64,000 nt of DNA from Owenia fusiformis. Its lineage: Eukaryota. Positions within the stretch are counted from its first letter, which is position 1; every line of letters starts with the position of its first letter. Where the stretch lies: contig CAIIXF020000001.1 in NCBI GenBank assembly GCA_903813345.2, positions 20,274,001 through 20,338,000 on the forward strand, written 5' to 3'. The translations under genes were made by a program, and so were the position numbers. The notes below the pieces were generated by a model. That model saw only the letters and a program-made list of their open reading frames with translations, was not told where the DNA came from and did not search any database. Positions 51,381 to 64,000 of the stretch are shown piece after piece.

Positions 51381-53665
51381 AGGGAACCTGGGGCAAAACG
51401 GCCCGTAAGTTAAATTTTAAGTTGTTCCGTATGGGGTATTTTCTTATCTGTCAATCATCGCGCACTTTATTAATGGGTTGTGGTTTACATTTTTCGAGTC
51501 TTTTATACTTGCCTAGGACTATCTTCGATGATTTATCAATGGTCAAAAATAATATCGGGATTGGAGCAAAACGGCCCAAGGGTGGGGCAAAACGGCCCAC
51601 CCTCTGTTACTAGGGCTTTAAAACCAAGATTAATCAATTACACGACTCGTCCACAGACATCTTATCTCCGACGTTTTTACATTTGACAGCATTTTTAACC
51701 CCTACCAGTTCTACTCATTGTGTCGGAAGGAAATAAGGTATAAACCAAATGTTAAAATCTTTCAATTTCAATTTCAATTTATTAAATATATATGCATACA
51801 ACAATACAAAGATGATGAAGGGAGCGAGACACCACTGAAAGTTGTATGGTGCCCCTATAACAATAAAAGATTCATATGAGTTAGCATCATGAAGATTATG
51901 AAAAGCAAGGGTCCTAAAATTGAGCCTTGGGGAAAGCCACATGATATCGTTTGTTTGTTGGATGAATTAATATTGTTATATGTCACATATTGTTTACGGT
52001 TGGATAAGTAATTTTTAAACCATTGGTGAGGAGATACTACGAATACCATAAAAATCCATTTTTGTAATAAAATGTCGTGATCTAGGGTATCGAAAGCTTT
52101 ATACAGGTCTAGGAATAGTCCAATACAATGAGTTTTAGCTTCAAGAAAAGTTCTTATTTTTCAACAAAATTCAAAATGGCCATAGAAGTAGATCGATTTT
52201 TCCTAAATCCATATTGCGGTTTGTAGAGGATCTTGTATTTTTCGAGATATTTAGAAAGTCTATTATACATCAGTCTTTCAAGAAGTTTTGAAAAAATAGA
52301 GAGCAAAGATATTGGTCTGTAATTAGAAAACTGATCTTTTTTCCCTTTTTTAAAAATTGGGATAACCTTAGCAACTTTTAAAGAGTTGGGAAAGAGTCCT
52401 TTGGTAAAAGATAAGTTGAAAATGTGAGTAAGAGGGAAAACAACTGCTTCACCACATGTTTTTATGAGTTTGGGTTTAATGTCATCATCACCTGATGCAG
52501 AGTCCTTCAGCTCCTTAATAAGTTTGGAAAGTTCAAAATGAGTTACAGGTGACAAAAACATAGAGTTAACATTTCGTTTTAGTTTACTCATAAGCTCAGC
52601 AGGCGATTTATCAGCATTTCCTATCTTTTTAGCCAAGTTAGCACCGACAGAGGCAAAATCTTCATTGAAAGTATTTGAAATTTTTGTATCATCAGATATT
52701 TTCAAATTAGATATAGGACAAACAAAAGAGTCGCATAAATTAAGATTTTTCTTTTTTCTGGCTAGAATTTCATTAAGTGAGTTCCAGTTTTTTTTATATT
52801 GTTTCTAGCATTAGCTTTTTTATCAGAGTAATACAGTTTTTCAGAATGTTTTAATATTTGTTTAAATTTTTTCTTGTATAATTTATATTCTTTGAGTTTA
52901 TCTGGAGCAGGATTTTTTAGATATTGTTTTAGAATGTTTTAATATTTGTTTAAATATTTTCTTGTATAATTTATATTCTTTGAGTTTATCTGGAGCAGGA
53001 TTTTTTAGATATTGTTTGTACATTTTGTTTTTCTTTTTAGATGAAATTACAATACCTACAGTTATCCAGGGTTTGGAGTTGTTCTTTATCATTTTAATTG
53101 TTTTAGTTGAAATTGGAAAACTATCATTGTACTTAGTTTCGAGCAGGGTCTTGAAATTGGAGCAGGCAAGGTCTGGACTGGTGGTCTCATTTAGTACACT
53201 TTCCCAGTTGGTGTTTTCTAATGATTGTTATATTTATATATGATATCAATTATTCTTGTATAATAAGATTTTTGTATGTTATAACATGTGTGGGCCGTTT
53301 TGCCCCAGAGACATGTGCATTTTCAAATAGACGTCATTTTAATTTACCTAATATTTGAAACTCGAAATTTTGACAAATAAAGAATAAATATACTCTATGT
53401 AAAATGTTAATTCAAATTCAAAATGATATTCTATTGTTGCCGGATTTTTTAGAGATTCTCGTGGGAGGGGTAATTTGCAAAAAAAAGAGAGTGAAAAGTA
53501 GAATTACCTCTTATGTAAGGCGAGACGCTGCCAGATTAAAAAAGGGCGGTCGAAAAGGTGACGGAAATTCGATTATGTGACTTTTGAAGAACCATCCTTT
53601 TATAGTTCAAAAGATATTTCGATGGGCCACTTTGCCCCATAGGGCCGTTTTGCCCCATGTTCCCT
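51381..53665. mobile_element. pogo/Tc1-like MITE hosting a LINE insertion
   Basis: AGGGAACCTGGGGCAAAACGGCCC ... GGGCCGTTTTGCCCCATGTTCCCT. Confidence 0.7.
51760..53260 (-). mobile_element. Decayed CR1/L2-group LINE (RT fragment)
   Basis: KPWIT.GI, KVAKVIPIFKKG, NYRPISLLSIFSKLLERLM, QYGFR and GFPQGSILGPLLF motifs across broken frames. 3' tail AATAAA(TTGAAA)n at about 51762-51785. Internal deletion and ~90-bp tandem duplication. Confidence 0.9.
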
Positions 53666-53714
53666 AAGCTTACCCGCATCTAGGTTTATTTTCTCTAAAA
53701 ATGTCCCTGGCTTT

Positions 53715-54420
53715 TTTGATAAACTTTGACATTTTTTGAGGAAAAAACTAGAACAAATAATTGAGTCAATTGACATATTGTTTATAAATTGTTTTAACAA
53801 TTAGGCTAGTTCATGTAGGCTTACGGCCGTCATTTTTCTGTTATTTACAACCGAAATTTCGCTTTTTCTGATATTCTTTAGAGTTTCATTTTTTATCTAC
53901 AACGCGACGTTTGAATACAAAGAAATTTCAAATGAGGGAAGATAAAGAGTAGGCCTATAAGACCAACATTTGCTGTGACCCCTTACACAAGTTTGGCAAC
54001 AAGATCGATGTTTATTTCAATAAACCTTGATGTTCTTTGAGGAAAAAACTAGAACATTGACATATTGTTTTTATCGTTTTAAACAATAGTTAACGTACCC
54101 CTTAATAACATTTGAAAAAATGAAAAGGTTCCACCGTCAATATTTTCTGTTATTTAGAACTCTAATTTCGCCTTTTTCTATTTAGAATTTCATTTATTAT
54201 CCTCAACGCGAAATGTTCGGCAATAAGATTGACGTCATGTCTAATTTCAATCGCCTATAACTAATTATTTCAATAAACTTTGCCATTCTCTGAGGAAAAA
54301 ACTACAACATTGACATATTGTTTTTATTGTTTTAAACAAAAGTTCACGTACCTCTAAATAACATCTAAAAAAATAACAAGGTTCCATTATCAGTAACCGG
54401 AATTCCGCCCTTTTCTAATA
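53715..54420. repeat. Degenerate tandem repeat, three units of about 250-300 bp
   Basis: TGAGGAAAAAACTA.AACA..TTGACATATTGTTT recurs near 53737, 54038 and 54291. Confidence 0.65.
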
Positions 54421-55788
54421 TTTTTTTATATACTAAATATACATTGGTGCTCTAATCTTGGCTCAACTAACCACATGTCTCGACAAAAGGGGTTTGGCCG
54501 GTAAAATGACATACGTTTATGAATTTGGATAACTACAAACTAACTGTTTCACACAGCCCTTCCTAATTGCTTCAGACGTCAACAGCCAGCCAAGTACAAC
54601 ATGAATATCACACCCATCGAATGGTATACTCGAAATAAGTAACTCATACCTCTTATTATACATATATTATATATTATTGGGGAAACCGTCAGACCATCAT
54701 TCCCGCCCGCCAGTTTTCCCGTACTCGTTTGTTTGTTTAGTTTCAGTAATGAAACGCTCCGCCATGCATGTAAGAGCGTTTGGGTTGGACACCGTGAAGA
54801 TAAGGCCATGCCGAAAATTCCCAAAATTTCATCTCATGCAAAAGTGCTTTAAAATGAAATTAGAACAAAATTGTAATAATGCGACGATTTCTAAAATCAC
54901 ACATGATTTCAAAATCAATTTTGAATTAGATAGAAAGATGTCTCTAAAGTATGAGAAGCACAATTCTAAGTTAATGCATAAAAGGCTCTAAAAGGATTAT
55001 CTCCATGAGAGGACTTCTTCACATCGGAGGATGAATGCGATTTGACTTTTATCTCCAGACTTTCAGTAAACGTGTGTATTGTGTTGTATTCCTTCCTTGC
55101 AATGTTATATTTTGCTGACGGAATATAATTCAAAGGATAGGAGTCACATTCTACAAACATCAGACCCATTAATTTATTATTTATGGAGGATTACAACTTA
55201 TTTGCTACCAACAAGGCTAAATAAATAATCTAGAATAATGTTTTGTATTATGCATCTGGAGTACTAATTAGATTGTAATGATGTGATCAATTTATTGTAA
55301 AGTTAATGCCTTGTCTCTTGAAAGTCCATGTTCATATCAAGTTTGAAATGAATGTGCGTTTGAGTAAATCCAATTCATTTTAATCCAGTAGGTATTTCTT
55401 GAACCTTCACTGAGCACAATCATTGTACAGTACAGTAAATGTACGATACAACATATTTATGTTTCCATTTTCTAACACAAAAATAACAAAATGTTCTTTC
55501 CTTTGATTCACTCTTTGAGATAAGAAGATATTAATCTTGTCAACGTTATTGATGGGACATCCTATATGTTATAACTAATGTGTTCTCTTGTGTGATGTGA
55601 TGATAATATCATTTCTCTCACTGCATCCTCACAGTATAGTTTCTTTCTTGTGAAACGTGTGAAATAAGGAAAAAAGAAAAATCGTACCTTCAACGTTCCG
55701 ACATTTTGTTACCGAAACTGTTCCAGCGTAATCGAGTGGATCACCAGCGCATTTAGTTCGTTCGACCATGGACGTGTATCAACCTAGT

Positions 55789-56111
55789 AGGGGCGGCATA
55801 TATAAACATATTTATGTCTGATAGGAAAACAAATCTTAGTTTGGGTGGAGGAGATTAACGCACCTTCTAGTTTCCTATCCGACATTTTCAACGTTTCAGT
55901 ATTTTCCAAACATATAAATGATCAGTCGATCGTTACCTACCCCATTCAAATTTTTACACATGTTACAGAACATAAAACAGATCATGAATTGTGATTGACA
56001 CAAAAATTATGATGTAAATTGGTATTTCGATTTCGGGGGAGAAGGGGGTCAAAGTTAAAACTAAATCAATAGTTTCCTATCAGACATTAATATTTCAATT
56101 AAGCCACCCCT
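55789..56111. mobile_element. MITE
   Basis: AGGGGCGGC..ATGTCTGATAGGAAA is inverted to TTTCCTATCAGACAT..GCCACCCCT. Confidence 0.6.
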
Positions 56112-59100
56112 TTTATGTTAGAGATCAGTGTTTGGAAAATGCTGATCGTCTTGTTATTTGGCATGTTTCGATTCGAAATTGATAAAGACAATCATCCAAT
56201 GTACAAACCAGAGATTGTAATGAGGTCACGGCAACGGATTCCTTTTATTTATTCATTCGTCAAATTAAACCTTTGAGCATGAGTATAAAGCAATATCTTA
56301 GCTATATATTTTCGTTCGATGCTAATCTAGACTGCTGAACACTCGCTAATGTTGGCTCACTGAGAGTCACATAATGATGCACTGTCTATAGATTATTTAT
56401 GAAGATCAACCCAGCAAAAGGCAAGGGCAAATAAATGAAATAAAAGTATGATCATCATCTTCAGAAAAAATCATTCCAGCATCATTTTCGAAATTTCAAA
56501 TTTCAACTTTTAGCATCAACGTTAGTTCCTGTAGCCTAATGCAAGCAAATATAATGCTGTAGAAAATGAACTACAAGACGAAAATTGTTTTGAATGGCTT
56601 TTTATATAAAAGTTTGACACCATGAGTTTATTTCCTCATGAAATAACGTGGACATTATCATTTTGCACTTTTGTTAGCAATAATGATGTCCAACGGTTCA
56701 CCATGATTGATATCAATCAAAGGAGCAGGCCACTATTTTGATGTTTTCTAAAAAATATAGCTTAATTGATTTCACTTTGATTGACCCCTTACACCACCTA
56801 CAAAAGTATTATTGGACATATGTCTTTACGGTTAATGGACTTTTATTTCATCCCCCAAACATTAAAGGGGGTTTGTAATTTGTTGGATATTATTCTGATA
56901 TTTTGACTTTCTCCCTTCATTTATATTATCGTTATATAATTTTCTTTTACTTCGGTGCGATTACTCGGCCAGTTGCTCCTTTAAGCTCCAGCCATCACCC
57001 TTGCTGACACCGTTCCTTTCTTCGTACTGGAGGGAGGATCATGCAATCAGAGCCCTGGGTTCTGAGGGTATATGTTGCTCCTGTACGGTGTATACGGTGT
57101 ATATCGTTCTTCCATAGTCCCACTCCCACTGGGTCATGTGTAGACGTAAATTAGCGGAAAGTAATATTCCATAGACAATAATAGCTCTGAAGATCATAGA
57201 TGCATATGAATAGTCTTTTGTCTTGATCTAGAATTACAGGAAAGCTATTTGCAGTTCGACTTCCAAGGTGTTACACCGTGAACCTGGAACAACTGAAACC
57301 TTGTGATTGTGAATCAAAGTATAGTCTTGGATCACACAAAGTAAATAAAACGTCGTCATTAAGATTTTGCCTAATTCTCTTCACATCTTTCTGTTTTTTG
57401 ACTGAATTGAAAGTTCAATAAAAGGGTATTGTTTCTCGTGATGCCAGTCGGTGGGCGCATCAATGTTGGAAGGAGTCTCCAAAAAAGCAAAATGGTTTGG
57501 CGAACAGAAATTTTCGAGGCATGTTAAAGTATTGGACGTAAAGTTAAAGTATAAAAGAAAGACAATGTTTTGGCTAACAATCCTAATTTTGTTTTCTTAA
57601 AATAGAATTCTGAAGTACATAACATCATGTTTTAGAAAATAAAGGATCTTTAAGGCATGTTAAAGTCAGCCTACTGGACCAAAACGTTTTAGGCAATTTA
57701 GGTGGCAGTAAAGACGAGACAGTAAAAGGAAGGAGCAGGAAAATGTTTCGGCTATTCCTAATTTCATTTTCTTAAATAGAATAAAGATATCTATAAGTAT
57801 CTGGGTAATTGAAAATTTAAGATGCATATATATCCACGAAATTAATTAGAATTGAAAAAGGGAGTCCACCATTCGCCTGATCAAATATTATGGCATAATA
57901 CTCCTTTAAATTACACAATACATAAAACATATATTTGCGAAGTATAATAATGGCCGATGTATTTATAGCTACTAAAGACAGTATGGATATTCCGATTTCC
58001 AATAGTCATTATTGATAAACTATAATAAAGTTATTTATCATGCAATGTTAGGGCGCATTATCATGACTGTACCCCCAGAGAGTTCGTGTACACTTGTATT
58101 AAACATCTTTAACTATTCATCCTACCTAATGAGGTAGGTCATCAAAGAATCGTAGTCGAGAGACAACATGGACGAAAACGAGAAGAAATCTATTAGAATT
58201 AAATTCCGTCCAATTCTGGTGGCAGTAATCAGTTTAGCCTCAGTTCATGTAGCTTATTGATCGGCTGTTTTGTTACAAGTCTTGAGAGAGATCGTTTACA
58301 ATCTTAGGCTCATATTGAAAGTCCAATTGATCTTCATAAAATATACGATTTTAGGAGTTTGCTTTGAATCGTTTTTCAAATTGTCAAGCGTTTTATGCGT
58401 TTCTATCGTGACGCATTTTTGTTTCACTTCTCAAGTGGGAAAATGTTTTCGTTGGCAGGATCTGGTTGAGCTCTATGTAGAGGTTAACCTGTCCGAATTA
58501 CATTGTGACATATCAGACTACATAGGCTTAAATATTCGTAGGGGGCTGTGATAGTGTTCCTAAGAGTAAATGTAGCGATCATAAACTTCATTACCAAACA
58601 CACAGAAATTTGAGAAATTAATGCATTCAAACAAAAATATACTAATAAAACTTTGTAAATTTTTAATCGAGGCTGGGCAAAAAATGTACATATATAAATG
58701 TTATTTTTGTATTTGTTACTGTATTGGTTAAGTTTGTCTTTTGTACGTCCCAATCATTTATTGTGCCAATATGTTATTGAACTATCCACCTAATTGCAGA
58801 ATGTTCAACTCGTTCTAAAAACGTAAACATCACGTCCCTAATCCACGCAGAACGTATGTATAATCTCCTCTTGTCCCGATTGCTACAATACCCAGTGCGA
58901 TGTTTACCGTCATCGGTCACACCTGATTGCACAACGTAGTAACACGTTTCTAGTAAGATGTACGACATTGCCGATCGTATTACGTCCAGGATCCGGACGT
59001 CTTAAGGACGTTGCCACTCGTTCTGATTGCAGAACGTGACGACGACAAGAAAAAATTGAGCATGCTCTAAGTTTTGGAGAACGTACCCGTTCAAGTACGT

Positions 59101-59350
59101 TCACGTAGTTTGTGAATAGACCCCCAAACGGTTCAAAATACGCCCAATCCGTTTGAACACAGTTTAAGCCCGTTGTCGATTGGGAGAGGATCAGTGAATG
59201 TCAATCAGAGTTTTATAGGAGGTCTGGGTGGTGTTTACAGAACGGGAGCTGCACCGTTACTTGTACTAGGCAAAAAAGGTCCAGTTATACCAGTGATACA
59301 GCATCATTGTCATAAGATACGATGTCCCAACACCTCGTGAATAAATATAA

Positions 59351-60772
59351 CCCTACTATCACACCAAACTAGTTCTCACTACGTTCTCGAAAACGGGCTT
59401 AGACTGTGCACGAACGGATTCGACGTACTAAGAACCCACTAAGAACCGTTTGCGATCTATTTACAAACTTCATGAAACTACTCGAACGAGTAGGTCCTTC
59501 AGAACTTAGAGCATGATCAACATTTTCTGGTGATCAAAAAACGTTGCCGAATCGGTTTTAAACGGTGTACGAACTAAATGAACGTTCCTACAACGTTCTA
59601 TGGTCTGTTTACGAACTTCATGGGGAATGTACTAAAAACCCTTCGACCTACGACCCTTCGACCCTACGACTTACTGGGTGTCAAGAATTTTTGGAATATA
59701 TTTTATTGAAAAACCCTTCGACCTCTGATTTCCCAGTCCAGTTTACTAAATGATTACGTATAGTTCCAACTTGAGCTCCCTGTGCACGCAAATACGCATT
59801 TTACCTGGTAATTGTCAAGCAAAAATGTTTCAGTAGAAAAATTTCTAAAAAAGTTCGTCTACACCTAGGTCTACACAGCAAAAATACGAACGCCGAAAAA
59901 AAAACGTACGCATTTCGTTCGGACTTTTCACGCGAATTACGTATATGTCACGCATTGCGGTCGAAATTTTTATATTGTTTTTAAATTTTCAAGCTCTAAT
60001 ATAAAGTTTATGTAAATGAAAAAAAAATTATCTGCGTAATGTCAAAGAACAATCATTTAGTTAAAAAAAATAAAAAGGCGAATGATGCGGGATTTTAACC
60101 CGGACCACCCGCGGGCTCAGCGAGCATTCTACCGCTGGACCACCGTAATAATTTGAATGGTGGAAGTAATTAAACGCTACTTATTTTTAATGCTATGATT
60201 CGGAAGTGACGTCACGTTCTTCATTTAGAAACCTTTCCAAAATCATATCGCCGGCTCCGATCGAAGTCCAGCTTTAAACATCTCTTGGGACAGATTCTTA
60301 ATTTCTATACACAAAGTAATATTTCCAGCAACTTCATATGGACTGAGAAATATCTAGAAGGTCGAAGGGTTTTTATAAAAATATATTTCAAAAATTCTTG
60401 ACACGCTGTAAGTCGTAGGTCGCAGGGTCGAAGGGTTTTTAGTACATTCCACTTCATGGACTTTCCCGGACGGGGAATGTGATTTAGAATTTTGAATCGA
60501 TTCAAAATTCGATGGCGACCATACCGTTCTGTAATCAGGTCATGATGACCTTCTAGACTAAAGTACGCGTTATACGACGTTGCACACCGACGTGGTGCGA
60601 CCTGAACGAACTGCGAATGTGATGGACGTATTGAAGACTGTTTATGAACGAAGTAGCTAATTATTTTAGACATATTTCCCGGCCACAGCCAGATTGAGCC
60701 CGTTTTACGACGTTTTCGTAGGACTGGCAAGAACGGGTAAGAACTAAGAACTAGTTTAGTGTGGTAGGGGGG
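59351..60772. mobile_element. Composite TIR element (family also at ~36990-37229, 38222-38436 and 58960-59175)
   Basis: CCCTACTATCACACCAAACTAGTTCT ... AGAACTAGTTTAGTGTGGTAGGG, with an inner inverted pair at 59628-59750 / 60335-60450. Confidence 0.7.
60081..60148 (-). pseudogene. Degenerate tRNA(Gly)-like sequence or SINE head
   Basis: GGTGGTCCAGCGGTAGAATGCTCGCTGAGCCCGCGGGTGGTCCGGGTTAAAATCCCG resembles tRNA-Gly (A and B boxes), but the acceptor stem and T-loop are broken. Confidence 0.55.
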
Positions 60773-62484
60773 TAATAAAAAATGCACCATCGTGAGTTAG
60801 TGTCCGGCGTTCGGCATTTGTAACAAATGGCAAGTGGTTACATTTTGCATGTTAATGCCTTGTATAACTATGATGTGCTCCTCTTTTTAAGAGTTTGATT
60901 TCACTTCTCCTGGCCTTTGGATTATGCTGGGTATGGTGACCTTGATCAATCGTCTGCTCGTGAAATCCAAACTGGGATTTATCTTTTGATGTTTTACTTT
61001 GAGTTTTATTATTATTTTCTGTAAGAGAATTTATAATATATTTGAAACGAATATTTCATGCGGGACTTCTCATTTGGCCATAAATAATCTATCATCTTAG
61101 CCCTTAATGAGACAAGTTGTCTATCTAATTAATTTAAATAATTGATGCTGGATATTGTGTAAATCATGGAAGTCTTCAAATATTCATGTGTAGTTCTACT
61201 TTCAGAAAAGCTCCAAATCACGATGATTTGAAATTATGGACTCGAGTTTGCTCGTATATGGTTTTGAAGCCTTTTAACATTCAGCATGTACAGTAATATA
61301 CAGGGTGGGCAATAAAAACGGACATTGTATCATTCTTAAAAGTATTTATCACAAAGATAAATCATGTCGTGTAATTAGCCTAAAAAGTCAAAATACTGCG
61401 TCCCATTTGTTAGACCCACATACTGGAGCCATTTCCACTTTTATATTTTTAAAATATACATCTTACTTTAATCACGGGGCACAAGCTGTTCCTGTGTGAA
61501 TGAGTATCAAGCAGTTCTCAGAATCAAAGTTTCACAAAGTTTTACTTTTGTGAACAGACAAGGTAAGTACACTTATCTTTTATTCATACTTTCGAACACT
61601 TTTCATTGCTTTTTCTTGGACTAAGATATTAATCGTGTCATTGAGGTCATTAATCTATTTCAATCAGTTTTTGCAAAATGACCTTATACACCCTCCATTG
61701 GGATCTCCCCATGAGAAAAAAATAATTCATCTGATTTTTCAAAATGAGTATTCTGCTTTAATTATAACATTTATATGCACACTAGTATCTTGTTGACCTA
61801 TATTCAGAACTGTATTGATGTATAGGCCACTTATTAAGGTCATAATTCAATCATGAAGTGTAGAGGCATATGATTCCAAACCAGGAAGTATTTTTGTGTC
61901 TGTCAAAATCCATTTGCATCCTACGCACCCCTACATCTTATCCAAATATGTTACTACATAATGAAATAAAATAGTATATTCTTTGGTTTTACAAAGTTGT
62001 ATGATTTTTGACAAGTGTAAAAGTTGGTTTTGGAGCATTTTTCTATAGCCATTTTGTAGGGAAAAAAATGATGAAAAATGTACAATCTTTAAATTTTAAG
62101 TATGACCTGAATCGATTGCAAACTTCATATTTGCACATTTGATGAGATAAACCAATAGTGTCATATTGTGAAATTATTAAGTTTGCAATCGATTCAGGTC
62201 ATAGTGTATTTTTGGTATTTTTGTGATAATCAATAGAAACCAATGGCCTCTATTGGGATCTGCTGATATCCTCGTGTTAAGTCAATGATGAACAGCCCCA
62301 TGTAAGTCAATACAACCTCACTAAACTAAATGGCCCCTGTCTCAGCCTATGTGTGCCCGAGCACTTTAATATTTTCCAAAGAGTTATATGACATTCTATT
62401 CTTCATGTTACACCTAAGAATTATTCATTTTGACCATAGGGGTATTTGCCAATAAACGCACCTCTTCCTTTGACACATACTATA

Positions 62485-62669
62485 CAGGGTGACCCAAAAA
62501 CAGAACCCTCCAAAAATGAAATAATTTCTTTAATACATGTAATCACTGTTTCATTTTTCATGTACAGAAACTACAATCTATGGATGACAATGTGAGACCT
62601 TTGTTACATAGGATAAGTGTTTAAGAAATTATTACACTTATAGAGTGTTCCGGTTTTTGGGTCACCCTG
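62485..62669. mobile_element. Tc1/mariner MITE
   Basis: TA|CAGGGTGACCCAAAAAC ... GTTTTTGGGTCACCCTG|TA. Confidence 0.8.
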
Positions 62670-63185
62670 TATGATATATAATGAAAACTCTACATTCATT
62701 ATCAACATAATTGATGTAGCCTTTTCCACCTAAAATACAATTTACGTTCCACGTTTTGAATCTTGGCCCTCGCTACAGTCGGATTCATGACCTTTTATAC
62801 ACGGATCCTCTCAGGAAAGAGAAATCTGCCTAGAGAACGTCCAACATGGGTTTCCATAAACCGAGATTTTGGGGAATTTGATCCATTAGCAATTCTAACG
62901 TGGGACTTGTTTTTTCAACTGGGATAACTAGAATTTGACCTAAAGGCAAGAAGACTATCAATTTTGTTGATTATCCAATTTAATCTATTCTGTTTCTTAA
63001 AAGGCATGGCTTTTTGATTTTTTTGCTTCTTGACAATCCAAGTTATTGAAACCACTAAAAAACACGATTTCTACCATAATGATGCATATATTTACCTTTA
63101 TATGCCATTTCTAAATGACCTTGTCTTTCAAGACTCTATAAATCCGGTGAAACTCGGATTCTGAGGACCGGTTATTTCACTACCT

Positions 63186-63440
63186 TACCCCCATACTGTA
63201 GCCTGTATTTCTTTAAATAGACTGAAGTTGCAAATGGGGCGGGTATTCTTTATCTTTTGTCTAGGGCTTTTCTGGTAATTATACAATGCAAACTGCTCGA
63301 TGAATCAATAGTAGAACACTTGGAATACATGTAAAATCAAGTATACCTTCAGAAATATGGAAATAAAAAAGTCCTCCATTTGCAACTTCACTGTAGCCTG
63401 TATCTCTTTTATACAAATACAGGCTGCACTATGGGGGTAA
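63186..63440. mobile_element. MITE
   Basis: TTACCCCCATACTGTAGCCTGTATTT ... AAATACAGGCTGCACTATGGGGGTAA. Confidence 0.7.
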
Positions 63441-64000
63441 CTTCTCCCCGGTGTTTAATGGTTGCAAGTTAAGTAGAACCAATAGTTATTTTCAACTTTA
63501 TGATATACGACTCAAGCAACATCCACGCCTGCCTTTCTACCAACGCTATTGTCATAACGGTAAAGCGTCATAATCATAATGACACGGTGGGATTGTTTTC
63601 AGAAAAAAGCAAATTGGCATTCATTATAGTTTATCTATTGATTTCCAATACTCATAATCTCTATGGCCGTTGTGTAAAATCGGTAAAACAGAGATTTGGC
63701 TAGCTAAGCTGCATGTACCTCACAATATTTGTTAAATATATATATTTCACACGGCGATATGCACTAGATACTGACAAAATATATTATTTTTAATTCCTGA
63801 TATCATATTGTACAAAAGTCAGAAATGACGAACAGGGGCGCCAGACTGTGCCATGTGGGACAACTGTTATTTCTATGGGGGGGGGGAGTCTATTGTGCAG
63901 TCAGTGCCGACGCGCAAGATAAAAGAACAATAATCTGCCAGATTTAGTCACCCATTCACCAGAAAATATTTAACCACAATCTACAAGATATACTTATATG

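Noticed and set aside
57040-57230. Minus-strand short ORF beginning MIFRAIIVYGILLSA
   Set aside because: No recognisable domain or supporting exons; too weak to call.

Overview
AT-rich, repeat-dense animal genomic DNA with spliceosomal introns, probably from a marine invertebrate or lophotrochozoan (inferred from the repeat families and TLR type; the species cannot be fixed from sequence alone). Genes: (1) the last two coding exons of a coiled-coil gene resembling CCDC150 (+), whose 9.2-kb last intron holds two antisense Toll-like receptor copies, one truncated and one full-length but carrying a 7-bp frameshift; (2) an intronless GT31 beta-1,3-galactosyltransferase; (3) an intronless DIRAS/RASD-type GTPase; (4) a spliced CENP-S/MHF1 gene whose stop codon lies only 46 nt upstream of an intronless HSCB ORF on the same strand. 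The rest is nested transposons: mariner/Tc1, hAT, P-like, Transib-like and Kolobok-like elements, Helentron-associated HINE-type elements with satellite cores, and LINE and Penelope-like remnants. Highlights: a candidate CENP-S/HSCB bicistronic or alternatively spliced unit, a twister-ribozyme-like motif just 3' of a Penelope-like RT, and a nested TLR pair showing a gene-conversion tract and disabling lesions. All calls come from manual reading; no searches were run.
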